This document shows, in pieces, positions 27,250 through 41,398 of a stretch of 64,000 nucleotides of DNA. The notes beneath the pieces were generated by a model. That model did no database searches. It had not been told where the DNA came from and saw only the letters and a list, made by a program, of their open reading frames with translations. The position numbers were made by a program, and so were the translations under genes. Numbering within the stretch: the stretch's first letter is position 1; every line of letters begins with the position of its first letter. Where the stretch lies: contig OX597820.1 in the NCBI GenBank assembly GCA_951406725.2, forward strand, positions 11,532,001 through 11,596,000, written 5' to 3'. This stretch comes from Octopus vulgaris (taxonomy: Eukaryota).

Positions 27250-28580
27250 ATATGTGTGTGTGTTCTATATATGAATATGTATATATAATGTATGTGTGTG
27301 TGTGTGTGTTCTATATATAAATATGTTTATATAATATATGTGTGTGTGTTCTATATATAAATATGTATATATAATGTATATATACAAAGTGTATATATCT
27401 GTAGTTATGTATATTAAACTTTCTCATACTTTTTCATAGTTATATATATTTTTAAACAAATTATAAATATAATTTAATAATTTTTATTTTCAATTTAATT
27501 TAAATTTTTCAATTTTATATTTTCTATATTATATTTTTTTTATGTTTTTGTTTTTGGTTTTTCACTGTTTGATTTGCCTAAAAATTCCATTTTTCACTTT
27601 TATGATTATACCCAGAGTGCTCTAACGTTTGTCTTTTTTATTTTTGAAACGTTTGAACACATTGCCTCTTTCGTTTTAAAACAATAAAACAATACTACCT
27701 TAATACATTGGTCCAACAAACAAAACATCACCCACTCTCATTCTTTTATGTATCTGAGAATGTGTGTCTGTCTGTCTGTGTGTTTCCCTAAAACTTGAGA
27801 ACTACACAACCAATTTCATTCAAATTTTACACATGACTTACTTAGGGTATAAGGAGTGTGTTGAGCTGGGCTCTGGGCTCCATTGGGCTTACTGTCCACG
27901 GCTACGAGACCACAGTGAGCGCTATGGCGACCAGAGCTCGCTCTGGTCGCCACAGCTTCCCGAGGGAGGGAAGAAGGGGGAGAAGTAACACAGGTGCAGG
28001 CGTGAGCATGGACGCCAACTCCGCCGCCATCAACACACGAAAAAATATGCGTTAAAATGGAAAAAAATGATGTTAAATTATTTTTAAAATCGTAGACTCA
28101 TCGTAGACGCGCGCTAATACGCAGACGGGCTCGATATGAATCACGACTATAAGGTACCCGAATTTGGTTAAACTGCACCGCAAAATGTGGGAGTAGTTAG
28201 GAATCTAAATCGTAGGAGACAGACGCTCGCACAACTACAGTTTTATATATATATATAGATATGTATATATAATGTATGTGTGTGTTCTATATATAAATAT
28301 GTATATATAATGTATGTGTGTGTGTTTGTGTTCTATATATAAATATGTATATATAATGTATATATACAAAGTGTATATATCTTTATTTATGTATATTAAA
28401 ATTTTCATACTTTTTCATAGTTATATATATTTTTAAACAAATTATAAATATAATTTAATAATTTTTATTTTCAATTTAAATAATTTCAATTTTTCAATTT
28501 TATATTTTATATATTTTCTATATTATATATTTTTTTAATGTTTTTGTGTTTGGTTTTTCACTGTTTGATTTGCCTATTAG
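27250..28580 (+). repeat. ~320-bp direct repeats (27250-27580, 28260-28577) enclosing fused Helitron fragments
   Basis: ttttcatagttatatatatttttaaacaaattataaatataatttaataa...ggtttttcactgtttgatttgccta repeated. Confidence 0.85.
27755..28259. mobile_element. Two fused Helitron 5' modules: 27755-27920(+) like 34467-34632 and 27948-28259(-) like 14924-15229
   Basis: ccctaaaacttgagaactac..gctacgagaccacagtgagc shared with 34.5 kb; cgtagactcatcgtagacgcgcgctaatac shared with 15.07 kb. Confidence 0.75.
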
Positions 28581-28650
28581 TGGTTTTATCTCTAATTTAA
28601 TTTATACAGATATATATCTCATTTGTATACATTTGTATATATAATGCGTG

Positions 28651-28688
<38 letters not shown>

Positions 28689-29569
28689 CACATATATATA
28701 TATATATAATGTGTGCATTACGTAGTCGGTCGATTCAGCTGAAAATATGCATACCTATGTTAAAAGTGCTGGCTAGTTTGCATGACAACTATTTTTTCCT
28801 CAAATGAAAGGCGTCACCTCTAGGACAAAATTCCTCATCTTATAAAATGTGGCCCCAGTAGACCCGAATGAAATCGGATTATGTTAACCAAAATGTGAAA
28901 AGGGGTCTAAATGGGGCTGGAATGGGATTAAAATTTAAAGGAACGGGTGTTTAGGAATTCTCTGTTACATTAAGCTAAAACATTTGCGCCAGCCTTTTAA
29001 TCGTCAATGTGTTGCCGTCCATGATAAAGAGTCCATGGTGAGTCTACTGTTGTGAGAAAGAATCACTTCAAAACTTGGTGTTTACGAATTTTCTTTTACA
29101 TCAAGATGAAAATTTTACGCCAGTCGTTAAACTGTCACTACGTTGCTGTCCGTCGTTAAGAAATGCCAGCCATGGTGACTCTACTATCCTCAGATTCTAT
29201 CCCTTCAAACTTTGGTTTCCAATATTTTATTTTTTTTCTTCAGCTCGCAAGTCCGTCTGTCCCTTTTAAATGTTAGCATTTTGCTGTCTGCCTTGAAGCA
29301 GACTTTTCCATTATCACTGCCTCATATTTCTGATTGATCTTTCTAAATATTTTATTTCTCAACTTACTCAAGATCTTCTGTTGTTTATAAATGGGAGAGA
29401 GATAGATAAAGATAGAGAGTAAGAGAAAGCGAGGAAGAGTCCGAGAGATAAGAAAACTAAGAGAGTGGGAAAGTGAGAGAGAAAGGAGAGAGAAACAAAT
29501 ACGGAGAATCATCATCATCATCATCGTTTAACGTCCGTTTTCCGTGCTAGCAAGGGTTGGACAGTGTAT

Positions 29570-32500
29570 ACATTGTATACATTTATATATATATAATTTG
29601 TATACATTTATATATATATATATAATATGTATATATATATATATATAAATATATATAATTTGTATACATTTATATATATATAAATATATATAATTTGTAT
29701 ACATTTATATATATATATACATATATATAATTTGTATACATTTATATACATATATATAATTTGTATACATTTATATACATATATATAATTTGTATACATT
29801 TATATACATATATATAATTTGTATACATATATATACATATATATAATTTGTATACGTTTATATACAAATATATATAATTTGTATACATTTATATACATAT
29901 ATATCATTTGTATACGTTTATATACATATATATAATTTGCATACGTTTATATACATATATATAATTTGTATACGTTTATATACATATATATAATTTATAT
30001 ACATTTATATACATATATATAATTTGTATATGTTTATATACATATATATAATTTGTATATATTTATATACATATATATAATTTGTATATATTTGTATACA
30101 TATATATAATTTGTATATATTTGTATACATATATATAATTTGTATATATTTGTATACGTATATATAATTGGGATATATTTGTATACATATATATAATTTG
30201 TATACATATATATAATTCGTATATATTTGTATACATATATATAATTTGTATATATTTGTGTACATATATATAATTTGTATATATTTGTGTACATATATAT
30301 AATTTGTATATATTTATGTACATATATATAATTTATATATATTTATATACATATATTTAATTTGTATATATTTATATACATATATATAATTTGTATATAT
30401 TTATAAACATATATTTAATTTGTATATATTTATATACATATATATATAATTTGTATATATTTATATACATATATATAATTTGTATATATTTATATACATA
30501 TATATAATTTGTATATATTTATATACATATATATAATCTGTATATATTCATATACATATATATAATTTGTATATATTCATATACATATATATAATTTGTA
30601 TATATTCATATACATATATATAATTTGTATATATTCATATACATATATATAATTTATATATATTCATATACATATATATAATTTGTATATATTCATATAC
30701 ATATATATAATTTGTATGTATTCATATATATATATATATAATTTGTATATATTCATATACATATATATAATTTGTATATATTCATATACAAATATATAAT
30801 TTGTATATATTCATATACATATATATAATTTGTATATATTCATATACATATATTTAATTTGTATATATTCATATACATATATATAATTTGTATATATTCA
30901 TATACATATATATACTTTGTATATATTCATATACAAATATATAATTTGTATATATTCATATACATATATATAATTTGTATATATTCATATACATATATTT
31001 AATTTGTATATATTCATATACATATATATAATTTGTATATATATTCATATACATATATTTAATTTGTATATATTCATATACATATATATAATTTGTATAT
31101 ATTCATATACATATATATAATTTGTAGATATTTATACACAAATATATAATTTGTATATATTTATATACATATATATAATTTGTATATATTTGTATACATA
31201 TATATAATTTGTATATATTTATATATATGTGTATAAATATATACAAATTATATATATAATTATATATATTTTGTATATATTTATATACAAATATATAATT
31301 TGTATACGTTTATATACATATATATAATTTGGATACGTTTATATACATATATGTAATTTGTATACGTTTATATACATATATATAATTTGTATACGTTTAT
31401 ATACGTACATATAATTTATATACATATATATAATTTGTATATTTTCATATACATATAATTTGCATATTTTCATATACATATATGTAATTTGTATATATTC
31501 ATATACATATATGTAATTTGTATATATTCATATACATATATGTAAGTTGTATATATTCATATACATATATGTAATTTGTATATATTCATATACATATATA
31601 TAATTTGTATATCTTCATATATATATATATAATTTGTATATCTTCATATACATATATATAATTTTTATATTTTCATATACGTATATGTAATTTGTATATA
31701 TTCATATACATATATGTAATTTGTATATCTTCATATATATATATATAATTTGTATATCTTCATATACATATATATAATTTTTATATTTTCATATACGTAT
31801 ATGTAATTTGTATATATTCATATACATATACATAATTTCTATATATATTCATATACATATATATATAATTTCTATATATATTCATATACATATATATAAT
31901 TTCTATATATATTCATATACATATATATAATTTGTATATATTCATATACATATATATAATTTGTATATATTCATATACATATATATAATTTGTAGTTATT
32001 TATATACAAATATATAATTTGTATATATTTATATACATATATATAATTTGTATATATTTGTATACATATATATAATTTGCATATATTTATATATATGAAT
32101 ATAAATATATACAAATTATATATATAATTATATATATTTTGTATATATTTATATACAAATATATAATTTGTATACGTTTATATACATATATATAATTTGG
32201 ATACGTTTATATACATATATATAATTTGTATACGTTTATATACATATATATAATTTGTATACGTTTATATACGTACTTATAATTTATATACATATATATA
32301 ATTTGTATATCTTCATATACATATAATTTTCATATTTTCATATACATATATGTAATTTGTATATATTCATATACATATATGTAATTTGTATATATTCATA
32401 TACATATATGTAAGTTGTATATATTCATATACATATATGTAATTTGTATATATTCATATACATATATGTAATTTGTATATATACATATACATATATGTAA

Positions 32501-33815
32501 TTTGTATATTTTCATATACATATATATAATTTGTATATATTCATATACATATATATAATTTGTGTATATATATATGTATATAAATATATACAAATTATAT
32601 ATATAATTATTTATATTGTGTATATATTTAGATACAAATATATAATTTGTATACGTTCATATACATATATATAATTTGTATACGTTTATATACATATATA
32701 TAATTTGTATACATACACACATATATATAATTTGTATACATACACACATATATATAATTTGTATACATATACACATATGTATAATTTGTATACATTTATA
32801 TACATATATATAATTTGTATACATATATACATATATATAATTTGCATGCATATATATAATTTGTATATATTTGTATGCATATATATAATTTGTATATATT
32901 TGTATGCATATATATAACTTGTATATATTTACATGCATATATACGGTTTGTATATATTTACATGCATATATACGGTTTGTATATATTTACATACATATAT
33001 GCAGTTTGTATATATTTACATACCTATATGCAATTTGCATATATTTACATGCCTATATACAATTTGCATATATTCACATACCTATATGCAATTTGCATAT
33101 ATTCACATACCTATATGCAATTTGCATATTTTCACATACCTATATACAATTTGCATATATTCACATACCTATATGCAATTTGCATATATTCACATACCTA
33201 TATGCAATTTGCATATATTCACATACCTATATGCAATTTGCATATATTCACATACCTATATGCAATTTGCATATATTCACATACCTGTATGCAATTTGCA
33301 TATATTCACATACCTATATGCAATTTGCATATATTCACATACCTATATGCAATTTGCATATATTCACATACCTATATACAATTTGCATATATTCACATAC
33401 CTATATACAATTTGCATATATTCACATACCTATATACAAATTGCATATATTTACATACCTATATACAATTTGCATATATTTGCATACATATATACAATTT
33501 TTTATATATTTACATACATATATACAATTTGTATATATTTACATACATATATACAATTTGTATATATTTACATACATAATTTGTATATATCTATGTATAC
33601 ATATATATAATTTGTATACATATATTTGAATATAAATATGTTTACATATATATAATTAGTATATATATATGTATACATATATATAATTTGTATATATTTA
33701 TATACATATATATAATTTGTATATATTTGTATAAATATATATAATTTGTATATATTTATATATATATATAATTTGTATATATTTATATATATATATTTAT
33801 TTAATTTGTATATAG
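29570..33815. repeat. ~4.25-kb tandem array of a 29-bp AT-rich unit (ATATATATAATTTGTATATATTTATATAC and variants)
   Basis: Unit read directly; spurious ORFs in the track are offset by exactly 29 nt. Confidence 0.95.
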
Positions 33816-33864
33816 TTATATATATATATATATATATATATATACGAGAGAAGAAAGTCCAAAA

Positions 33865-34210
33865 ATGAATTCCGCTGCAGCTGTCGGCGGGCGCGAACTC
33901 ATTAAAATTAAAATGGAAGAAATACAAACCTTTTTCGGATTGATCAACGAGAAAGACATTGAATCTAAGATAACACCACCAAGCGAAATATAAAATTAAA
34001 GAAAAGACAATCGTCTATAAAGCATACAATGTAGAGAGAAAAAAAAGATTTGAACACCTGGAGGAAAGCACCATCGAAAAGTGTCTTTGTGCGACTATGA
34101 AAGATATCCCCGCAGAAGTAGAGTTAGGCTGGATTGTAGCCACACTTCTACACCAGAGGGAGGACAAAATACAATTGGTTGAAATTGCAAGAGACGGGCC
34201 TACAATTCCA
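33865..34210 (+). pseudogene. Disrupted coding-like relic, possibly LINE ORF1 N-terminus
   Basis: [42 protein letters not shown] then frameshift [30 protein letters not shown]; no diagnostic motif. Confidence 0.3.
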
Positions 34211-34286
34211 GTCTGTTATATATTTTGAGTATTGTTATCACTAGCGATATCAAGATATAACATTGTATTTTGTATTTTATGTGTAA

Positions 34287-34362
<76 letters not shown>

Positions 34363-34406
34363 GTACATGTAATATGAACACATATATATACTCATATATA
34401 CATGGA

Positions 34407-34446
34407 CTAGCACTATGACCCGGCAACGACCGGGTCATAATGCTAG
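34407..34446. mobile_element. Symmetric Helitron-type 3' terminus (CTAG at both ends of one hairpin)
   Basis: CTAGcactatgacccgg-caacga-ccgggtcataatgCTAG. Confidence 0.75.
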
Positions 34447-34637
34447 TATATCGATATATATGAAACTAAGAATGTGTATCTGTCTGTCTGTGTGAATCCC
34501 TAAAACTTGAGAACTACCCAACCAATTTCATTCACATTTTACACACGCCTTGCTTAGGGTCCATGGAGTGTCAGGAGCAAGGCTCTGGGCGCCATTGGGC
34601 TCACTGTCCGCGGCTACGAGACCACAGTGAGCCTTAT

Positions 34638-34701
34638 GGCTTGGCTTGGCTTGGCTTGGCTTGGCTTGGCTTGGCTTGGCTTGGCTTGGCTTGGCTTGGC
34701 T
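34638..34701. repeat. (TTGGC)n pentanucleotide repeat
   Basis: About 12 perfect units. Confidence 0.95.
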
Positions 34702-35554
34702 TTTGAAAGAGAGGAAGAAGAACTATAATTACATAGAGAACTATAGCGTGAAGGCAGCATATAAAAAAAAACAACCCTTCCTCAGTTGTTGGCAGTTTTA
34801 CCTACTCCGCATTGCAACAATATGTGTCTTCGTTAAAGCAATTTAGATAAAATTTGACATACGTGGAATGTCAAAGCTGCTAACAAAATCAGGACAGTCA
34901 AAATTTTCGCTAAGGGCTGTTTAACCCTAACGAGGTGACGTGGTGAACGCTGCAGAAAGAAAGCTTTGTCAAGAGACAGACGGGAGTGCATGAAGGAAAA
35001 GAAAAAGAAATACATTTAGAAATAGATCTATAGTTATTGAGGACAGAATTTCTGTTAGAAATAGAGAACTATGAATATTGAATTATGCATAAAGCGCTGA
35101 CTTACATTCGGGGCTTCCAATTTCTCTGTAAAATATAAGATAGTCGCAAAATCATCGCACATGTCACCATCGATTACAAACGCCGGTGGAAGATAAACGT
35201 TCCAGAGGACATTCTTGTTCTTTCGTTCGTACAAGGATCGTATTATGTTTCGGCTTAAAATAAATTATAGATAGAAATATAATGTATAGAAATATATAAA
35301 AACCAGAATAGAAAATAAACGTCTTAGGCATATAAAATGAGATAACATGAGATATCAAGGTGTTATAAACTTGAAACTTACTAGAATATCATAGATTATA
35401 TATATCAAGTCATCCAGTCAGTTCTGTCCAATTTTACCTGTTTTTTTAGAGTTGAATGAAATTTAATAGTATTTGCAAATGTCTAATTCAATTAAAAATT
35501 ATTTTTATGCATTTGTGTACGTTTAAACTAATTCAATATTGTTTTACAAAATAA

Positions 35555-36235
35555 TAGTCGGTGTCCACAAAGTCTGCGTACATGGGAATTAACACATACT
35601 TTTAAAACAAATCAATTTTATTTAATTATAATAAATAATATTTTCAAAGTGATTTCCATCATTTTCAATGCATAACTTGATGCGCCTTGCAAAATTCAGG
35701 TGAACTTGATTAAATAAGTCTACATTGCCATCAATTTAAGCACACTGACTAGTAATGCGTTCTCTCATGTGTTTCATCTTACAAAGTTAGAAAGACCCCT
35801 CCATGGGGACTTAACAACTACAATTTTGTCATTTTATCTAAGCAAAAATGAATACAGTTGTGCTCTTGGAAGCTGTAGGGTTACCCGAGCATAAAAGATG
35901 AGCATTATTTGTAATTCAATGGTACAACAGTGTAACAGTTTGCTTTGACATACACACTGCATAAATTGTCAAGTAAATGAGAGGCATCTTTGCCTCCACT
36001 GATTCAGTTGCAAAGTGTAGAGTAAAATTTATTTGATTTCAGACCTCCTTTCAGTCTTTTTATTATCACTCGGTCACACATAGTCCCCAGATGGTAACAT
36101 TGATTTCAAGGCCTTCCCAGATGAGTGACTGGTTATTCGAAGACATTTATAGATTTTAAATTTATTCTGTCCAGTTACGTATCAGTATAGTGGTCATTTG
36201 CAAACTACAGAGGTGACACTTTCATTTCTCCTTAG
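35555..36235 (-). pseudogene. Highly decayed Tc1/mariner (DD41D/rosa-like) transposase relic
   Basis: Minus strand 35699-35631 reads LNFARRIKLCIENDGNHFENIIY, like the R...C...G.HFE C-terminus of these transposases; weaker traces near 36080-36230. Confidence 0.5.
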
Positions 36236-36699
36236 CTCTCACGTCAAACAGTTGTTAATGTTGATTTCAGTTGGGTCACGCCCTTCCAATTGCTATAGAT
36301 TTGTAATGCATCTTACGGCTGTGCCTGTCACCTGGATGGTGAGGAATCCTACATTAGGAGTGGTAACGACTAGGGTAGGGTAACTGACTGCTTATTGTGA
36401 TCATTCGTCTTTTGGTTTCCTGTAGCTTTGCTCTCTTTTACAAACCCAGTGAACATATATTTCCTATTTCAAAGAAATTCAAACAATAGATATAAGACCC
36501 AAGTTAAAAAGATTTTCAACAATTCAACTTCTCTGGTTGACATTAAGATGCCCACCCCCAACAGGGGCCTTAACTCTCACATTTTAGAGCTCCATGACCT
36601 TCATTTTTCAGGAACAAAATCTTTTTAACAAGTTAAATAAGACTGGAATTTTGGAATATGCGCATAAAAATCAGGATTATGGGATACATGTGGCACGAT

Positions 36700-36855
36700 T
36701 ACAATTTTTTAGGGTGTGTAAAGATTGAAATAACCCTCATCTGCAATTTTGATGAAATTCGAAACATAGATATTCCAGTTCATCACAGAAGATATAACAG
36801 AAAAATTTAATTCTCCAATTGAATGTAATCGGGTAACGCCGGGTATCTCTGCTAG
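36700..36855 (+). mobile_element. Helitron 3' end
   Basis: tcgggtaacgccgggtatctctgCTAG|t. Confidence 0.65.
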
Positions 36856-36959
36856 TTATATATAAATATAAAAAAGTAAAAATATGCAATAAATATAAAT
36901 ATGTATATAAAAGTAAAAATGTACATATATATATATATATATATTCTTTCTTTTCTTTC

Positions 36960-37224
36960 TTTTATTCTTTTACTTGTTTCGACCCGAACACTTCTTTAAA
37001 GTAATTCTATATATTTCGCAAGAAAGAACAATAATATTATGTATATACATGCCACCATCGGGGGGACAAACACAAACACACACACAGTTTCCGTCTACCA
37101 AATTCACTCACAAGGCTTTGGTTGGCCTGAGGCTCTAGTAGAAGACCAAGGCGTCGCGTAATGGGGCTGAACCCAGAACCATGTAGTTGGTAAGCAGGCT
37201 ACTTACCACACAGCCACTCATGTA

Positions 37225-37264
<40 letters not shown>

Positions 37265-37267
37265 TGT

Positions 37268-37345
<78 letters not shown>

Positions 37346-37810
37346 TTTGACAAGTGTCAAAGAACGAAACTCTCGCCCCCCGAGTCACTCTGTTGCTTCT
37401 GCTAAATATTGATAGACTTATATATGACAAGCTTTTTCAGATTCCGTCAACCAAATCTACTCACAAGGGTTTAGTCGACCCAGGGCTATAGTAGAAACGC
37501 CCGCTCAAAGTGCCACGCAGCTGGACTGAACCCGGAACAGCTTACAACACAGTCACGCCTGCTTCTATTCACATATATACATATATATTTCTTTTGCTAC
37601 CCACAAGGGGCTAAACATAGAGGGGACAAACAAGGACAGACAAACGGATTAAGTCGATTACATCGACCCAGTGCGAAACTGGTACTTTATTTATCGACCC
37701 CGAGAGGATGAAAGGCAAAGTCGACTTCGGCGGAATTTGAACTCAGAACGTAGACGAAATACTGCTAAGCATTTCGCCCGGCGTGCTAACGCTTCTGCCA
37801 GCTCGCCGCC
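36960..37810 (-). mobile_element. SINE cluster: B (36960-37220), B (37425-37562), A (37587-37810)
   Basis: Family consensus matches on minus strand. Confidence 0.85.
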
Positions 37811-38766
37811 TCTTGCATATAAATCTATGTGCGTATATAGACACAGTTATACATACACATACCTAGTCATGGATGGCTACACACACTAACACACACGTAC
37901 ACATACACATGCAAGTAGTCACACGAGTGTACACACAACCACACACATACGCACGCACACACACACACACACATACACACTCGCACGCACGCACATAATC
38001 TCCTTTCCTCTCACCCTTATTCTTCTAAGCAAACACACATCTACACACACATAGAAAGGCATGCATGCACGCAGACATAAGATTAATTCGCGGCCAAATT
38101 TCAGGGCAGACGTTGAAGAGAAAGGACAAGCTATTGAAAAGGTCGCGAAAAATAGCGACGAACGGACTTTCACGATGAAATATAAAATTAGAAAAAAACC
38201 ACCTTTTATCAATTCAAAATGAACAATTAAATTACACCATCTAGAAAATTACATATAATAGAAATATTAAATATAAAATAATAATATACCGATGATTAAG
38301 TAATGTGCAAAATAATAAATAAATCGTATATATCATGAATTGATAAAAGGTGTTTTTTTTTCTAATTTATATATATATATACAGTCTTTTCTGTTGCTTG
38401 ACCATTAATACCTGCTATATATCTCTCTCTTGCTGCCTTCGAAACACACTGCCACACATACATAGACGCACACACACATACATGAAAGCAATTTCTCACA
38501 CTCAAACACTCTAGCACTCATTCTTAAAATAATTCAAATATAAACACCAGTCATACAGAATACATTCACACTCTTTGATTTTCCTGTACCCCCTTCTCCT
38601 AACCGGATTCTGACCTTGAACTATCTTAACGGACATTCTCGTCTGCTTTCACCCAGCCTGGCGTCAACGCATATAGATAGACAGTTTGTGCCATTTATTC
38701 CATGGGCTCCTCGTGAGCGTTTGTGAAAAGCTTGCTGTGCATTTTGTTGCAGAATTAAGTTCCTGG

Positions 38767-38852
38767 ATTTTCCTGAAGAGAAGGCTGCAAAATGGACTCC
38801 TTATTCAATCCGAATTAGGGACTTTGCAGCCTTTGAAACATATGTAGAAAAT
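38767..38852 (+). ncRNA. Type I hammerhead ribozyme, canonical core, extended stem II
   Basis: attttc-CTGAAGA-gaaggctgcaaa...tttgcagccttt-GAAA-catatg-TA-gaaaat; 6-bp stem I, 12-bp stem II, palindromic stem III ACATATGT, predicted cut after 38846. Confidence 0.85.
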
Positions 38853-38893
38853 AATAAAAAGGAATTTTGTTAAATCTTCGTTTCTTCCTACAC

Positions 38894-38936
<43 letters not shown>

Positions 38937-39819
38937 TACACACATGTGAGTGAGAACACTTTGAGATATTTTTGGTATCTAACATATGTCAGATACTGCG
39001 AGCGCTGCTTCTGATTGGTCAATCCATGGTGATGACCGACGTCACGGTGACCCTTGTGGTATGCTATATAAAGCTCGTATAAAGTCTTACTCAAAGAAGG
39101 TGCATTTTACACCTTGAATTGGTGATAATGATTACACAACATCTCACCAATGAACAAGTGTAAAAATGTGTAGAAACAATTGTAATGTTTATAGATAATG
39201 TCATATATATATATATATATGTATGCATGTATGTATGTATGTATGTATGTATGTATATACTTACATATATATGTATATACATATGCATATATGGGTACAG
39301 GACGTCACAGAAGGTAAACAACAGGAAATACGAAATACGAAAATATGGAATACGAACTTTTTTGCGAACAGCGAAAGAAACAATAGTATCGATAATGCCC
39401 GAAATTGCGTTTGACTCCTCTTGCTGATAACTGATGAAGAATTTGTGACCTTGTGTGTTTTCTGTTCGCCTGTGCATTTAGTATGTGTTCGTTTGTTTAT
39501 TTACAATACGTTTATTTTTAATTATATATATATAGATATGTCATATTTTCCGTTTGTTGTCTTTTTATTTAATCCTGAAGATAGTATTTATGTAACGCAC
39601 GCACTCATTAATCTTTTACCTATATATATATGTGTGTGCGTGTGTATGTGTGCGTGTGTGTGTGTGTGTGTGAGTGTGTGTGTGTGCGCGCGCGCGTGTG
39701 TGTGTGAGTGTGTGTGTGTGCGCGCGCGCGTGTGTGTGTGTAGTTCAAATTTACAGAAAACAATAGACGAAGACAGGTGAAAGAACAACAAGCAGAGTTT
39801 GAAGGCTTTTTAGTTATAG

Positions 39820-39901
39820 AAATCGACCCCAGGACTTACTCTTTGGAACCCTAGCACTTATTCTATCGGTTTCTTTTTCCAAAACGCTAAGCTACGGGGA
39901 C

Positions 39902-39992
<91 letters not shown>

Positions 39993-40220
39993 CGTAGGAG
40001 TGACTGTGTGACAAGAAGTTTGCTGCCTGGTCACTAGGTCAAATAGATTTGGACGATGGAAACTGAAAAAAGCCCGTCGTATATACGTGTTTGTGGGCCG
40101 GAGGGGGCTAGCTTCGTGCTTGTCCCAGACAACCGCTTGTTGACTTCCTTTCCATCCCCGCAACTTAGAAGTTCGACGAAATTAACCGATAGAATATGTC
40201 GAATGACTGAGACAAGTAAA
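39820..40220. mobile_element. SINE B fragments either side of (TA)n
   Basis: 39820-39900(-) and degenerate 39991-40220(+). Confidence 0.7.
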
Positions 40221-40429
40221 TGTTTTTTTTAGATATATCGTAGTAATATCTAATGTAGTTGTGGTTTACGACCAGTCAGGACGTTACCATTGGTTTCACA
40301 CTTTTTATACTCTTAGCAATATAGACGTCTCCCACGGCTAAGAACGTAAAAGGCGCGAAAGCAAAGGTGACTCCCTGACCGGCCACACCAGCCACATAGT
40401 TTCAGGTTCATTCACACTGCGTGGCACCT

Positions 40430-40595
40430 TAGAACCTAGGGTTGGATTCAAAATTCTACCAGGACACCCGATGAAGGCTGGAGAGTAAATCAGCCGAAAT
40501 TTTGTGGTAGCAACAAACAAGATGAGGACAAATATCCGTCCAATGTAAAAAATGTAAATATTGTACAGAATTCCTCATCTCTAAAATATAGAACA
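40430..40595 (+). mobile_element. 3' part of SINE family E with mutated hammerhead
   Basis: gacac-CCGATGA-aggctg..cagcc-GAAA then caagatgaggacaaatatccgtc..ttcctcatctct.aaatatagaac. Confidence 0.8.
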
Positions 40596-41099
40596 ATTTA
40601 TGATTGTTTCAAAAATTCCATGTTGACTTAATCTTGCATCGTGTTTTTAAACGACTCCACAATTAATGATGTAGTCATATCCGTTGTACAGATACCCCGT
40701 TCATAGAAATGATCCCTCGCAACTCTCTACAAAAAATAATATGCTGAAGTGTTTGTCTATCGCTTAAATATAGGACGTTAATCAATGTTTATAGTGGACG
40801 GCACAGCGGTCACGTTTATAAACATGATTGAAGATAAGTCAAAATGAATTTGTAGAAATAATTGTAAACTATGAAACAAAAATAATAACGCAAACTCCAC
40901 TTTTCAGCGCTTATTACTTCTGTAACCCCTCAGAGGAAACATGACTCCTCCTTCACTCCTCTCCACCCTTCATTTATGGTTTGAGAATAATTCTATAATT
41001 GTTGTAAACTGGAATGGAACTTACTCTCTTTCTGCTCACATCCATTCACCATTTAATACTACTTGCTTTGCATCTTTTAGAGAGATAGATTAGATATAA

Positions 41100-41398
41100 C
41101 TAGCATTATCACCCGGCGTTGCTCGGGTTATGTAAGGGAAATAACTATATAAGCATTTTTAGAGAGTTATAGCCAAAAAATAGCAAAAAAAAATGTATTA
41201 AAAATGGAAAAAAATTATGGTAAATTTTTTTTTAAATCGTTGACTCGTCGTAGACGCGCGCTAATACCCAGAAGGGCTCGATATGAATCACGACTATAAG
41301 ATACCTGGTTTTGGTTAAACTGCACCGCAAAATGTGGGAGTAGTTAGGAATCTAAATCGTAGGAGACAGACACACAACCTCTCTTTTATATATAAAGA
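41100..41398 (-). mobile_element. Minimal non-autonomous Helitron (~300 bp)
   Basis: 5' TCtttatatataaaag, 3' cccgagcaacgccgggtgataatgCTAG on minus strand. Confidence 0.88.

Noticed and set aside
32875-33629. Three overlapping 225-241-aa ORFs
   Set aside because: Product of stop-free 29-bp satellite units in all three frames
29570-33815. 29-bp repeats as a CRISPR array
   Set aside because: Units are contiguous with no unique spacers, no cas genes, eukaryotic context
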